Of a stretch of DNA of 64,000 bases, positions 41,319 to 52,220 are shown one piece after another. The DNA lies in contig CAWCKY010000004.1 of the NCBI GenBank assembly GCA_963796275.1, positions 1,536,001-1,600,000 on the forward strand, read 5' to 3'. The position numbers and the translations under genes were made by a program. This stretch comes from an uncultured Acidobacteriota bacterium (lineage in GTDB: Bacteria > Acidobacteriota > Blastocatellia > RBC074). Numbering within the stretch: the first letter of the stretch is position 1; each line of letters begins with the position of its first letter. The notes under the pieces were generated by a model. That model worked only from the letters and a program-made list of their open reading frames with translations. It made no database searches and was not told the origin of the DNA.

Positions 41319-42939
41319 TCAAACGGTAGAAAAGATCACTTCGAGCGCCGGTAGATCGCCCCGCAGGTCATCAACGCGAAGGACCGCATCGCTGATTTGA
41401 TCCAGCAACGATTCGCCCTGATTCGCGGCCGATCAGGACGCCGTATGCGCGCATACCGCGTTCCGCCCTTCTCCTAGACCATTCCTTCTGCGATTCGGGA
41501 GAAACATCGCTGATTCCGTCGCTGACGCAGATCACGTCGGCCTTCTCGAACTGCGATCCGTCCACCAACTCCAGCGCCTTCTCCATCCACGGCTTAAAGA
41601 CAGTCCCGCCATTGAAGAAGAAACTGGCGCAGGCGATCACCTCGGCGGGCGTGGCTTCGCCTTTCGGAAACAGGTCGAGCCGCAAGTCGTCCGGGCCCGA
41701 GAAATGGATCACGGCCAGGTCGCGCTTCTGCAGTCTCGCGATCGAGAGCAAAGCCAGCATCACTGCCTTGGACCACACCTCGCCCGTCATCCCTCCGTAG
41801 TCGGTCGTCATTGAACCTGACTCGTCGATGGCGATGATGATCGGCCCCTGGCCTTCTGGCTCGTTGCCGATCAGGTCGTACTGCATCAGGCTGTTTTCGG
41901 CAAATTTGAGATAGAAGAGGTCTTCGAGGTCGGTATCGGCCAGCAATGCGATCTCGCTCGGCAGCAGACGTTCAATTTCACAGCCCGTGGTAATCGAAGT
42001 GATCTCGTCGGGCGGATGCTTGACGCGAGTCTTCTGTTGCTGAAGCGCGATGCGAGTGAAACGACCGCAGACGGCGGCGATCTGTTGCAGTTTCGGCGAC
42101 CGACCCACCTGTTGCGCAATGACGAGCTTCTCTTTTGTCGTGAGCGATCGCCCGCTCCCGCCGTTCTCCGTACCAAAGCCGATGTCATAGCCGCCGCCGA
42201 AGGCATTGATCGCGTCGTTGGCCTGCTCAACCTCGGCCATCGCTTCGGCCAGACCTCGTCGGACGGCCCGGCGCACATTCTGTTCACGCTCTTCGGTCGA
42301 CTCTTCCAGTTTGCGGTTCAGACGCTCCGCTTTCTTCTCTCTCTTTGCGGCGTCTGCTCTCGCTTGCATTGCCTCTCGTTTCAACTGTTCGGATCGTTCC
42401 TCATCCGGCGACAGCGCCGCCAGTTCGTCGAGCGCTTCGGCACGGGCGAATAACTGCTCGACCTCGCCGGCCAGTTCGTGCAGTTGGTTGAGATACTTGA
42501 TCGTCTCTTTATCGAGGGCGGTCACGGCTGAAGCCGCACATCCGATTGTCGCCATCGCGCTGGAGAGCGAATCTCCCACCGTGCCGCTCTCACGCATCTC
42601 GCGCCATTCGGTCGTGGAGAAGATATGCTCGATGATCCCACGGTTGATTTTGTGCGCCGGAGAGAGTGGCGCGACTGGAGCGATTCGCGGAACGCGTTTG
42701 TGGAAGCTCCAGAACAGGTCACGCAAAAGTGCCGGGCCGGTGCGGATCGTATCCGCCGTCTCATCAACCGTCCGAGCCAGCCGCGCGTACTCATCCGCCG
42801 CCTGCACAAACGTCTCTACATCGAATCCGTCGTGCGCTATCGCCTGGCTGCCATCAGTAATTGCGCCGGCAACACTTTTGGAGTCTGGCAGGTCGGCGAC
42901 AAGCTCCGGCTCCTGGATTTGTTTGCTGATTGTTTCCAT
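41319..42939 (-). CDS. VWA domain protein, ViaA-like (frameshift near 41425)
   Basis: ERLLPSE, GPIIIAIDESGSM, FFNGGTVF, ADVICVSDG. Confidence 0.88.
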
Positions 42940-42959
42940 AAGGTCACCTGATCGGATGG

Positions 42960-44182
42960 TTAAAGGACCAGCGAGGCGATCTCCTGCTTCATCTTCCGAT
43001 GGCCTCGATCACCTTATCGATTCGAGTCGTGTCGCGCCCCTGCTCGACTGCCTGCTCGCGCAGTTCCTGCAATTTCGCGCCGATCTGCTTGAGTTTCGTG
43101 TTGGCCTCGATCGCGGCCTGCATCTTCTGCTCCTCGCTCTGCGCGGCTTGCTGCGCGTCCATGCATTCACGATGGACCGACGCCGCCTGGTCTTCGTAAT
43201 CAACGGCCTTGGAGTTGAGCGGATTGCCGATGCGGGCGAGCGCCTTGCCGATCTCGGCCTGTTGTTCGGGCGATTGCCACAGGACGTGTTTGAGGAAGAA
43301 CAAGATCATCCTCGGTCACCGCGTCGCGCCCTTCCGCGAGCGCGTGAGCCTGCAACACGCCGAGCGCCTGTCCCCATCGCCGGTCGCTGATGATGATTCC
43401 CTTGCCAGCGAGATCCCTGCGCAATTGCTCAATCAGGTCGATCGCCGCGTTCGGAATGGCGACCTGCGCGGCAGCCTGCTGCAAAGCGGCAAGCTCTGAC
43501 TGCAAGAGCGTCATCGGCTGGCTGCCATTCGAGTTATGACCGTTATGCTTCGCCGGCGAGCGGCGCGGATGAATTTGGCGAAGCCGGTGTCGGTGACGTA
43601 GCCGACACGGAAGCGCAGCAGGAACCGATCCCAGAGCGCTTCGAGTTCATTGCCCTGCGGCATCTCGTTGCTCGCGCCGAAGAGCGAGATCAGCGGGACC
43701 TGCATCTCCTGGTCGCCGTTGTGGAAGACTCGCTCATTGGCGATCTTCAGCAAGGCGTTCAGGATCGCGCTGCTAGCCTTGAAGATTTCGTCGAGGAAAA
43801 CGAGTTCGGCCTCGACAAGTTTTCCAGCCGTGATGCGCCTGTACTCATCGCGCTTAAGCCCGCTGACCGACACCGGCCCGAAGAGTTCTTCCGGCGTCGT
43901 GAAGCGAGTCATCAGATATGCGAAGCTCCGCAGGCCCGAGCCGTTCTGCGGGCCGATGCGCTCGGCAAGATTCGTGATCAAGGCCGACTTCGCCGTGCCC
44001 GGCGGTCCAAGTACGACCAGGTGTTGCCGTGCGAGCAATGCGACCAGAGAAGCGCGAATGACCTCGTCGCGCTCGATCAGCGACGCCGCCAATTCGCGTT
44101 CGATGGTTTGCAGTTTATCGAGAGACGGTTTGATGGATGCGAGATTGAGTGTTGTGGACATAGTGATCATCCTTTCACTCAT
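42960..44182 (-). CDS. RavA-like MoxR AAA+ ATPase (several frameshifts)
   Basis: GPPGTAKS, MTRFTTPEELFGP, FLDEIFKASSAILNALL, GASNE, ALWDRF, ISDRRW. Confidence 0.9.
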
Positions 44183-45147
44183 CTGCGTGCCGCTTCCATC
44201 TTTCTGCTCGATGCCGTGAGGAGGTTGGCGTCGCCTTTTCGTGCGCTGTGCGCTATACGGATACGGATTGGCGGAGGAGATGAATCTCCAGGTGCTTCAG
44301 TCAGGGATTCATGCAAGTATCCTGGGCGTAATGCAAATTGAAGACTCCACAAAACGGCGAAGTCACGTGATTAGTGGTCAGGATAGATTGAATGCTGGCC
44401 TGTCGGTAGGTGGCTGCTAGGATTGTGTCAGGAACCGCTTGCGACCCAAGGAGAACTTTTGCAACCAGGCAAGGAGCTGTCTGGTCGCGGCGTCGTCAGG
44501 AAAGATGCGCACTGCTTCCCGCGCCGTCCACCACTACTCGGCAGTTGTTGGCTGCGGTCATATCGAGCGACTTATTAGTTATCAAGTGTTCTGTGACAGG
44601 ACGGAGTTGGGTTGGGCTCCAGGTTTTGGAACTTCAATTGTCTTGAGCGAATCGGATAGATAGAGGGTTTTACATTGATCGCCAGTTGCAATAAGCTTTT
44701 GATCGCTTATCCTAAACCCTAACAATGATCCGATGCTATGCGCTAATAAGTTTTTTGGATTACCTTCAACAGTTGGCTCACCAACATTAACCCACCTATT
44801 TACTGTCCCGGTGAACAAATCGGCGACTTGAACCAAATTAAAAGCCGCAGAGTCTAATGTCCTTACGTCATTCAAACTGACTTGCCCCGGTGAGAACAGG
44901 GCTTTAGCCCCAGTAAGTATTCGTCTCTCCATCTCAGCTATTTCAAGCTTGTCTGTGTCACTATCCGCATCCTTAGAGATGCGTACAGATATGGGGGGAC
45001 TGATTCTTCTTGCATCAAACTCAGACTTAATACCTTGGAGAACGGTCTCAGCAAATGCATCATATATCGCCTTTGAAAGTCGGTTTGATGGAATACCCTT
45101 TCTCTCTATTATGAGCGCGACAAAAGAATTAAGTTGTGTTTGTATAA

Positions 45148-46660
45148 CTCGACTTTAGATAAACGCGGCTGGGGCTTCCACCACAGCCGCGCCAGGGTTA
45201 GTTGTTATGCGTGACCATCAACAAACCAACCCAAGAACATATTAATTCACTGACGGACTTTCGTCAGCAAGTTTACGCGCTCTTTGAAAATCAGCACGAT
45301 GCGTTGTTTGAAATCATGGATGCAGTAATCCAGACACCGGCCGCGCGCTCCTATGCTGAACTCTCGCTAGCTCCTGCCTTCACCAGGAAGTGGCCTAGCC
45401 TTTATAGCGCACTCGCCGACGGGTCGATTGATGTTAAAGAGCTGCGGGAGCTATGTCTGAAGCAAATGCCGCGGACGCAAGCGCGAATCCATTTCGCCAT
45501 CGACGTGATGGCCGTTCGGCGAATGAATTCGCCAACCTTGAAGGATCGCGTCTTTTGCCACGGGGCGAAACGCGAGGTTTCAGGCACTGGTATCATTATC
45601 GGATTGCCGTACTCGATTCTCGCTTTCGTCAAGCAGCGCGGGGCGAGTTGGGCGCCCTCGCTTCATACGCAACGAGTCAAACCCAGTCAGAGCGCCGTGG
45701 ATGTCGCAGTAAGGCAAGCCAGTTGGATCGCCGAGCAGCTGACGGCAGAGACGAGCCCCGAGATAGCTCTGGACGGCAGCTATGGCAATCTCAAATTCTT
45801 TCGTGGGATACGCGGCGTGAGAAGTTTTGCGACGGCCCGAATGCGAAATGATAGGGTGCTCTACCAAATCCCGCAGACACCCGCTGAAGGCGAACCGATG
45901 AAGCCTGGACGTCCACCCAAATATGGCCAGGAATTCCGCTTCGCTGACCCCCAGACTTGGCCGACACCGGATGAAGTCCTCGAGTTTGAAAACGCGCAAT
46001 ATGGGCGTGTCCGTCTGCAATTGTGGTCAACCTTACGATTCCGGACGAAAAAGAATGAGATTGTTGATATCCCCGCCGTTGTCCGCTCGCAGATTCATTT
46101 GGAGAGGGACCAGCCGCCCGCACCGCATTGGTACGGAGTACATAATGGGACGACAGAAGAGACCACTCTGGGTCGCGTCTTTGAGTGCATCACGCATCGT
46201 TGGCCGATAGAGCCCGCCAACCGATTTCGCAAAGAAAGACTCTACGCCGAGCTGCCGAAAGTGCGACAAGCCGAGGCCAGCGATCTCTGGCTTCAGCTTC
46301 TACAAGTCATCGAGTGGCAACTTTACCTCTGGCATCCGGCGGCGAATGATGCTCATCTGCCGTGGCAAAAGCCTCTTGCTCTCGAGCAATTGACGCCCGG
46401 CAGAGTGATCCGCTCGCTGAGTGAGAATTTAAAACGAGTAGGCACGCCGGTTTCGGCTGTGCTACCACGAGGAAAATCTCCAGGCTGGCCTTCAGGCCGA
46501 GTCCGGACAGCGCCAACGACCTACCTTCTTGAGTCGATGAAGCGTAAAAAGGCGCTAGAAATGTCAAAGAACGAATGAAACAAATGAAATGTTGAACGAA
46601 AGTAGCTCTTTTCAACCTGATGGATAGTCAGGTTTTGGGAGAGCGTTATCTAAAGTCGAG
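45148..46660 (+). mobile_element. IS701-like insertion sequence, 1513 bp
   Basis: Terminal inverted repeats CTCGACTTTAGATAA / TTATCTAAAGTCGAG; TATAA direct repeat at 45143-45147 and 46661-46665. Confidence 0.92.
45202..46578 (+). CDS. DDE transposase, IS701-like
   Basis: DALFEIMDA, ELSL..F.RKWPSLYSAL.DG, AIDV, LDGSYG, RWPIE..RF.K, PRGKSPGWP. Confidence 0.92.
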   Translation: MLCVTINKPTQEHINSLTDFRQQVYALFENQHDALFEIMDAVIQTPAARSYAELSLAPAFTRKWPSLYSALADGSIDVKELRELCLKQMPRTQARIHFAIDVMAVRRMNSPTLKDRVFCHGAKREVSGTGIIIGLPYSILAFVKQRGASWAPSLHTQRVKPSQSAVDVAVRQASWIAEQLTAETSPEIALDGSYGNLKFFRGIRGVRSFATARMRNDRVLYQIPQTPAEGEPMKPGRPPKYGQEFRFADPQTWPTPDEVLEFENAQYGRVRLQLWSTLRFRTKKNEIVDIPAVVRSQIHLERDQPPAPHWYGVHNGTTEETTLGRVFECITHRWPIEPANRFRKERLYAELPKVRQAEASDLWLQLLQVIEWQLYLWHPAANDAHLPWQKPLALEQLTPGRVIRSLSENLKRVGTPVSAVLPRGKSPGWPSGRVRTAPTTYLLESMKRKKALEMSKNE

Positions 46661-47737
46661 TATAAGCGACTCTCCGAAAAATGATGCTGCAAGTTTAGCA
46701 TCATCGTGTTTGCTTATTTCGGAAAAGTGAAATTCTTTTGTGGTATTTCGTGCGGTTCTCCAGTGGTTGAACCTTCTTTCGAAGAACTCCCATTCATTAT
46801 GGTTGTAAATCCAATAGCTACCGACAACCACGTAATCATGAAGTCTTACCACTCTCGTCGGCAAAGATTGCAATTTCTGAAGCAATCCGCCCTTCAGGAG
46901 TAAATGCCTCTCTCGCTTCTTCTTCTAGTTTTCTCCTTTGTCTCCGAACTTGTGGATCGGCCTGAAAAAGGCCGTACTCATTTTGAATTTTAGCTCTGTA
47001 ACGCTGCATATCGTAGAACTTTGGAATCTCGTGAAGAGAGTCCAAAGATAATTTTCCATGTGCGTCAATGAACTTTGAATAGAATGTTTCAACCACACGA
47101 ATAGAAAGTTGGCGGTCTGAGTTTCGCGTGTCGGGATAGTGATTGAGTACATATGCAACCTGATCTTGCAATTTTACGATTTTGTTTTCACTCAATGCAC
47201 TTAGAAGCCTATCTCTAGCCCGTTCAATAGCTAGCCTTTTTTTCTCGTTTTTTTCTTGTGAGAGGTCAGACGCGACTATCTGATTCTGTTCTTCCATCTG
47301 ATACTCCCCTGAGGTAGAGAATAGTATCTTAAATTGCGAAGCAGATTTCGGCACCTCGGGTGCTGTACTGCTATGAGCCGCTACGATTGATAGCCAATGT
47401 CATGAGAGCGGAAATCAAGTAATATTTCTCGTCGCTTGATTCCTTCCAGTATATTTAGTGATCTATTTAATGCAAATCTTTCAACTTTTAATTTTCGAAC
47501 CGCTTTCGCTCAATAACCACGCCAGCATAGCTTCTGGAATATAGTAGTAGAGTAGGAATCGAGGGGGATCATTCTCAAGGTGTGCGAGCGTTTGGTTTGA
47601 GAAGACCGCGCTAGGTTAGAATTGCAAGCCACGGTTTTACCTGGCCAAGGCAGCTGAGATTAGCCTCGAACGAGTCTCGGATTAGGTTGCCGAGGGCGAT
47701 CGGCATTCGTGATGTCAGCCGTTAGCAGCCTGATCGT

Positions 47738-47944
47738 TTAGATGGTAGATTTTGGGATTCGGTTCGGTGAACCGGAGGTGTCAGTGACCCATATGAATGA
47801 ACTCGGCCAAAACCTGTGGGTCAATCGCGATGAGGTCTCCCGTCGCCACCAGACGGCGGGACAGAATGCCCGAGCAGCAGCCTGGTCGGTATGCTCCTTT
47901 ACTTCCGCCGCGACCAGAAAGCCGGTGTCCAGTAAATGAATCAT
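47738..47944 (-). pseudogene. PIN-domain toxin, frameshifted and truncated
   Basis: MIHLLDTGFLVAAE; PQVLAEFIH in another frame; ATGA overlap with upstream gene. Confidence 0.7.
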
Positions 47945-48189
47945 AATCTGCCTTCCAACATTTCACCGAGAATATCGTCCTCGGCTGTCAGTGGACGCAG
48001 CATGACACCCAAGCTTACCGGCGCTATTTCCAGGATGCTATGCGGCTGTGGGCCAGCTGGCCAGGCAGCAGAAACGACCACGGTTACTTCCTGCCCCTCA
48101 GGCAATTGTATGCCGTTGTTGAGCACTATAACGCCGTTCCTTACGTGGCCACTGGCAACCATAGAAGATACTCCATGTGGAGAAGACAT
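47941..48189 (-). CDS. Putative antitoxin (AF2212/DUF104-like)
   Basis: GHVRNGVIVL..LPEGQEVTV; coupled to the PIN gene. Confidence 0.65.
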   Translation of the reverse strand: MSSPHGVSSMVASGHVRNGVIVLNNGIQLPEGQEVTVVVSAAWPAGPQPHSILEIAPVSLGVMLRPLTAEDDILGEMLEGRL

Positions 48190-48350
48190 AAAAACATTTT
48201 ATCAACCAGGTTAAGCAAGCGAAAGTGAGGGACGCTTGCACGGAACTCTAACGGTGGAAACTGCCGCGAGCGAGAAGGCTTGAATCAATCTGAAGAAAGT
48301 CTCGGCGATTCGCCAGTTGTCTATAGCTTCATCTCATTTTAGGCATTTGC

Positions 48351-48611
48351 TCAACGCACCACTCCCGCCAGGGTATCGGTGCTATATTGCGGCTCCATGC
48401 CTCGAGCATAGTGAATGTTCCGGTACCCGCCATTTGGCACAGCATAAAGGAGGTCGAGTACGGGATATGCATCCTTGACAGCTCTCACCCATTTGATCAG
48501 GGCGACCTGGTGACGACGCACAAGCTCGCGCGGCTTGGCTCGCCGCTTGACGCCTAATTTCTCCCGGAGAGCTTCGTCAGACAACTCAGAGACGTGAGTG
48601 CGGATCGACAT
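48351..48611 (-). pseudogene. VRR-NUC nuclease N-terminal fragment
   Basis: HQVALIKW..YP.LDLLYAVPNGGYRN; catalytic G.PD/E.K part absent. Confidence 0.65.
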
Positions 48612-48700
48612 ATTGGTCCTTGTTAAAGAGACGAAGGGCTTGGAACCCTCATTAGATGTAAGCGGGCAAATGGCGAACTAACGAACGAGAGCGTCGCCGC

Positions 48701-49864
48701 TCACCGTCCCTGCGAGCCGCTTCTGTTTTTCGAGCGAATTGGGAATGCGGTGGTCTCGGACAGGCGTGTCATCGCGATCTGTCGAAACCGGGGGCCGAGG
48801 CGATCGAGCCAGCGCTGGACGCTGATGGATGTGATCGGTAGATTGCGAACTGCGGCGTCGTCAACTCCCTTGACCCGGACATCCCACGAGGCAATGCGCG
48901 TCGTCGAGAGCGTCCTTTCGCGCTGTATCCGCCTAGCGACGAGCGCTGCCAGGTGAAAGCAGACCTTCTCGTTTGAATAATGATCTTGATCGAACGCAAT
49001 CCAAATAGGTCTGCCGTGTGTGAGTTCGATGATCGGGCTGTGATTGGCCGTTACGCATGGCGTCGCGACAATATACAACTCAGGATGGATGGCAGAGAGG
49101 ACATCCGCTTTGAGCACTCCCTCGACGATCACAATCCGGGCATCACGCGGAACATCAGCAAGATGGAACTTGAAATGTAACGGGCTGCCCGAGCCGGACC
49201 CGTGCGGCAGATCGGAAGAGGAGAGCCAGAGGTATCGCAACCCTTTCTTCGAAGCGATCGGCAGTCGAATCTGGCAGGCTTGAATGCGCCCCGAGTCATC
49301 GCGCACAGGGATAAGCAGTCTCGGGAGCAGATAATCTTTCGGCTTCCAGAGATGCACCCCCTGCCAGTCCTCCCAGAGCCCTGGAATGCCGCGCAGCGAA
49401 CCAACGCCCGGAAACTGGTCATTTATCTCCTGCAGGAGCAGCCGCGAGATGCGGTCTCGCTCTCTCGAACCTCCGGCCAGCCCTCCGTAATTGCCGATAT
49501 GACATTCGTTTAATCCGCGCGCAAGAAGCCCCGTCTCTCCGGCGATGAGCACGCCTGGATAGAGAGTGGCCGGGCTGAGTTCGATCAGTTTGCCGTAGAT
49601 GAAGTCGCGAATTTCGATAGAAGCGATCGGCGACTGCGGAAGATCGGCGGCGAGGCGAACGCCAATTCCCTTCTCTTCATGCGAATCTTCGTGAATGAAG
49701 ATCGCGCCGCCGTGGCTGTTGATCTTGCGCGCACCATCGCTTACGCGCATACACACGGAGAGAGTCTCGTCTCGGACAAACACGCACCAGTCCGGCTTTC
49801 CGCATATTCGGCAAGGCCTGCGCCGATTGACGCGGCAGAAGACGTTTGAAGTCGATGTCGGCAT
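48701..49864 (-). CDS. Zn-finger plus Toprim (DUF3854-like) primase-like protein
   Basis: CRICGKPDWC; LIPVRD..I..CQIR; IVIVEGVLKAD; IAFDQD; KGVDD. Confidence 0.82.
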   Translation of the reverse strand: MPTSTSNVFCRVNRRRPCRICGKPDWCVFVRDETLSVCMRVSDGARKINSHGGAIFIHEDSHEEKGIGVRLAADLPQSPIASIEIRDFIYGKLIELSPATLYPGVLIAGETGLLARGLNECHIGNYGGLAGGSRERDRISRLLLQEINDQFPGVGSLRGIPGLWEDWQGVHLWKPKDYLLPRLLIPVRDDSGRIQACQIRLPIASKKGLRYLWLSSSDLPHGSGSGSPLHFKFHLADVPRDARIVIVEGVLKADVLSAIHPELYIVATPCVTANHSPIIELTHGRPIWIAFDQDHYSNEKVCFHLAALVARRIQRERTLSTTRIASWDVRVKGVDDAAVRNLPITSISVQRWLDRLGPRFRQIAMTRLSETTAFPIRSKNRSGSQGR

Positions 49865-50037
49865 GGCGTCACTGCAAACCGCGCCATTTTCAGACCGATG
49901 AAGCGCGCCGATTGAGGAGCGCCCTCATTGACCGGATAACCAGCAAGACGCCGACGACTTCTCCCTTGAACGGCCGCCGGTCGAAATAACCAAACCGGTC
50001 TGGTCGGTAGTTTTTTGATTTTCGTGAGGAGATCCAG

Positions 50038-50502
50038 TCACCTATCGGGTATATCCCAGCCCAAGCTATAAACAGACTCCTCTCCTTTATAACCGATTAT
50101 CTTCAGATCAGATTGCCTGATGTAATTTTCCGAAAGAATGAACGTGGCGTAGGCGCAATGGTCCGGATCACCGAAACGAACCAATGAAGATAAACCACAA
50201 TCACCAAGAGCGACTCCTGTGCGTGCAGCTTGGAGATAGACCTCAAGCTCCGCATCGAATAAAACCGTCTTATCCGCGCAGTTATAAATCCGCACGCCCG
50301 CCACTGCATCTTCATATTTTGTATAAGTGTTGATTGCGCCTTCCTTCTGTCCGAAGAGTACGCGGATGCCACCAGCCGGAGCATCGTAAATGCGCACACT
50401 ATACCCGTCGCGGCTTGGAACAATTTTGTGTTCGACCATGGCAAAATCCTCCTTTTGCGCACTACCGTCGCCCGCTTTGTTCTTGTATGAGTGCTGAGCC
50501 AT
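50038..50502 (-). CDS. Hypothetical protein
   Basis: 154-aa ORF co-oriented with backbone, AGGGG RBS. Confidence 0.55.
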   Translation of the reverse strand: MAQHSYKNKAGDGSAQKEDFAMVEHKIVPSRDGYSVRIYDAPAGGIRVLFGQKEGAINTYTKYEDAVAGVRIYNCADKTVLFDAELEVYLQAARTGVALGDCGLSSLVRFGDPDHCAYATFILSENYIRQSDLKIIGYKGEESVYSLGWDIPDR

Positions 50503-50630
50503 TTCTTGCTGCCCCTGACTCGTTGCGTGATCGCATAAGACCCCGAGCGGCGTTGAGGTCTGCTCTGGCGGATGTCGAAATCTTAAGTCCTTTCCATTGC
50601 CATTTTCTCTTCAACCTATTCCGCAAAGCC

Positions 50631-50978
50631 TCACTCTTCCCGCTTCTGTGTGCGGATTTTGCGAGGTGAGAGGTATTGAAGAAATCTCATCACCGGGAAT
50701 GCGGCTTCGTCCGGCGCTCTATCGACTACCGAGATACCCGTCAATTCTTTCAAGCGGTAGTCTTCAACCCCTTCGATTACTGTCCTTGTAATCTCAGGAG
50801 CGACGTCATATAACCTGCAAGCCTCGACATGCCTATTGACGAGCATGAGGACGTGGTCGATAACAGGCGTCTCCAGTTCTTGAGTCTTGAAACATCTTTC
50901 GATGATTTTACTTATCTGATCGACAGTGATGGTCGGCATCTTCCCTCCTCTTGGCTGGTTAAAACGCGGCGAGAACAA
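50631..50978 (-). CDS. Hypothetical protein (likely start MPTITV near 50939)
   Basis: GAGGAGG RBS, co-oriented with backbone. Confidence 0.6.
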   Translation of the reverse strand: MFSPRFNQPRGGKMPTITVDQISKIIERCFKTQELETPVIDHVLMLVNRHVEACRLYDVAPEITRTVIEGVEDYRLKELTGISVVDRAPDEAAFPVMRFLQYLSPRKIRTQKREE

Positions 50979-51482
50979 GCTACCAGCGCGAGTGCTGGCT
51001 TGCGCTCACAATGCCGACCGCTATCTCTTTGTGATAAGAAGAAAGGCAATGGTATTTAAATGAAGCAATGCGCACCCTCCAGACCATCCTCAGAGTGCGA
51101 ATGCGAAATGGATTTCAGTTTTGTCGTTTTCGGGTTGTCTGCGCCCGAAATCAGAGCAACAGAGGGATGAGCCGGAAAATGTCTGGGTGGTGACCGGAGG
51201 ACCAAAAAGCCGGACTGAGTTTACGCCATCCAACTATTGGACATTGTACTAACTGCAAATTCGCCCATGGAACCATTCCTACCCTTGAAGGTATTCACGT
51301 TGGGTAATATTGACTTTCCGTGAAATTAATTGATGAAAGACCGAATTCAGCCATATCACTATATATAGATGAATGATAAGGGACGTATATGTATATGTTG
51401 TATAAAAAGAAAAGTAGGTGAAGGGGCAGGTAGCTCGTTATACTGCCTGCTCACTCTCAGATTCCCAGGAGATTTTCTGGCA

Positions 51483-52028
51483 ATGGCAAAGACAGAAGAG
51501 TTAAGTGTGAAGGCGGATCGGAATTGGCTCCGGCTTCCTGTGGTCTCGTTGGGCGCTGAATATCTAGTGATGGGCTATCTCATGCGCCGCAACATCCTCA
51601 CATACAAGGCCCCCCCGAACAACGAAGGCTATGACTTGATCTGCATTCATCCCGATCCTAGAAGAGTTCCAAGGCAGGGAGAGCGTGCTCAGATCCGGGT
51701 TCAGGTTAAGAGCCGATACGCTACGGATTGCGACCGAGGCTTTCCTGTGAAAGATGTTTCATTCGAAGCATTCGACTTCCTTATTATAGCTTTTCTCAAC
51801 ATCGGAAAGTTCTACGGGCGGAATGATGGGACTGATGGAGAGAGAGAGCCTGAGTTTTTCACGCTCCCAAATGAATTTATCAGAAAACATCACAATAAGA
51901 GTTCTTCATGGCAGAAGGTCCACCTTCGTCACTTAGAAGAAGAGATACGCCCTTTCGCTGGAGAGGCGGGATTCGAACAGATTGCCAAGGCGCTTGGGAT
52001 TCTTAAACCGACAAAACTTAGGCTCTAA
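51483..52028 (+). CDS. PD-(D/E)XK-type nuclease-like protein
   Basis: GAEYLVMGYL, GYDLI, VQVKSR motif series; AGGAGA RBS. Confidence 0.72.
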   Translation: MAKTEELSVKADRNWLRLPVVSLGAEYLVMGYLMRRNILTYKAPPNNEGYDLICIHPDPRRVPRQGERAQIRVQVKSRYATDCDRGFPVKDVSFEAFDFLIIAFLNIGKFYGRNDGTDGEREPEFFTLPNEFIRKHHNKSSSWQKVHLRHLEEEIRPFAGEAGFEQIAKALGILKPTKLRL

Positions 52029-52069
52029 AGGTCACTCTGCTTGGGCAGCACCGGAACTTATCACTTATT

Positions 52070-52125
52070 CGTGAGCTTTCGCTGCGCTAGTACGACAATG
52101 GGGGCCAGCGCAGCGAATGCTCATG
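52070..52125. repeat. 56-bp imperfect palindrome, copy A
   Basis: CGTGAGCTTTCGCTGCGCT..ACAATGG..AGCGCAGCGAATGCTCATG; aligns with copy B. Confidence 0.85.
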
Positions 52126-52220
52126 GCGTTTTGGGAGGGCCAAAGCTGGTCGCAGCCAAAGCGGCGCGCTCTGTCCTTACTCTACCGGCTTGGAGAAAGC
52201 CACCTTTTTCGCGAAGTGAA

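Larger units (their letters stand above)
44582..47354 (-). pseudogene. DUF3800 (RNase H-like) domain protein interrupted by an IS
   Basis: IFADESGK, EFHFSEI, LVQVADLFTG; removing the IS plus one TATAA gives in-frame GESLIQTQLNSF joining ORF 44932-44582; extra frameshift near 46840. Confidence 0.85.

Noticed and set aside
42206-43390. 394-aa Ser/Ala-rich plus-strand ORF and similar long antisense ORFs (2031, 36730, 62427)
   Set aside because: Shadow frames of well-supported opposite-strand genes
44530-44560. attC-like words near the DUF3800 3' end and near 7490
   Set aside because: They do not fit RYYYAAC/GTTRRRY with paired L boxes, and no integron integrase is present
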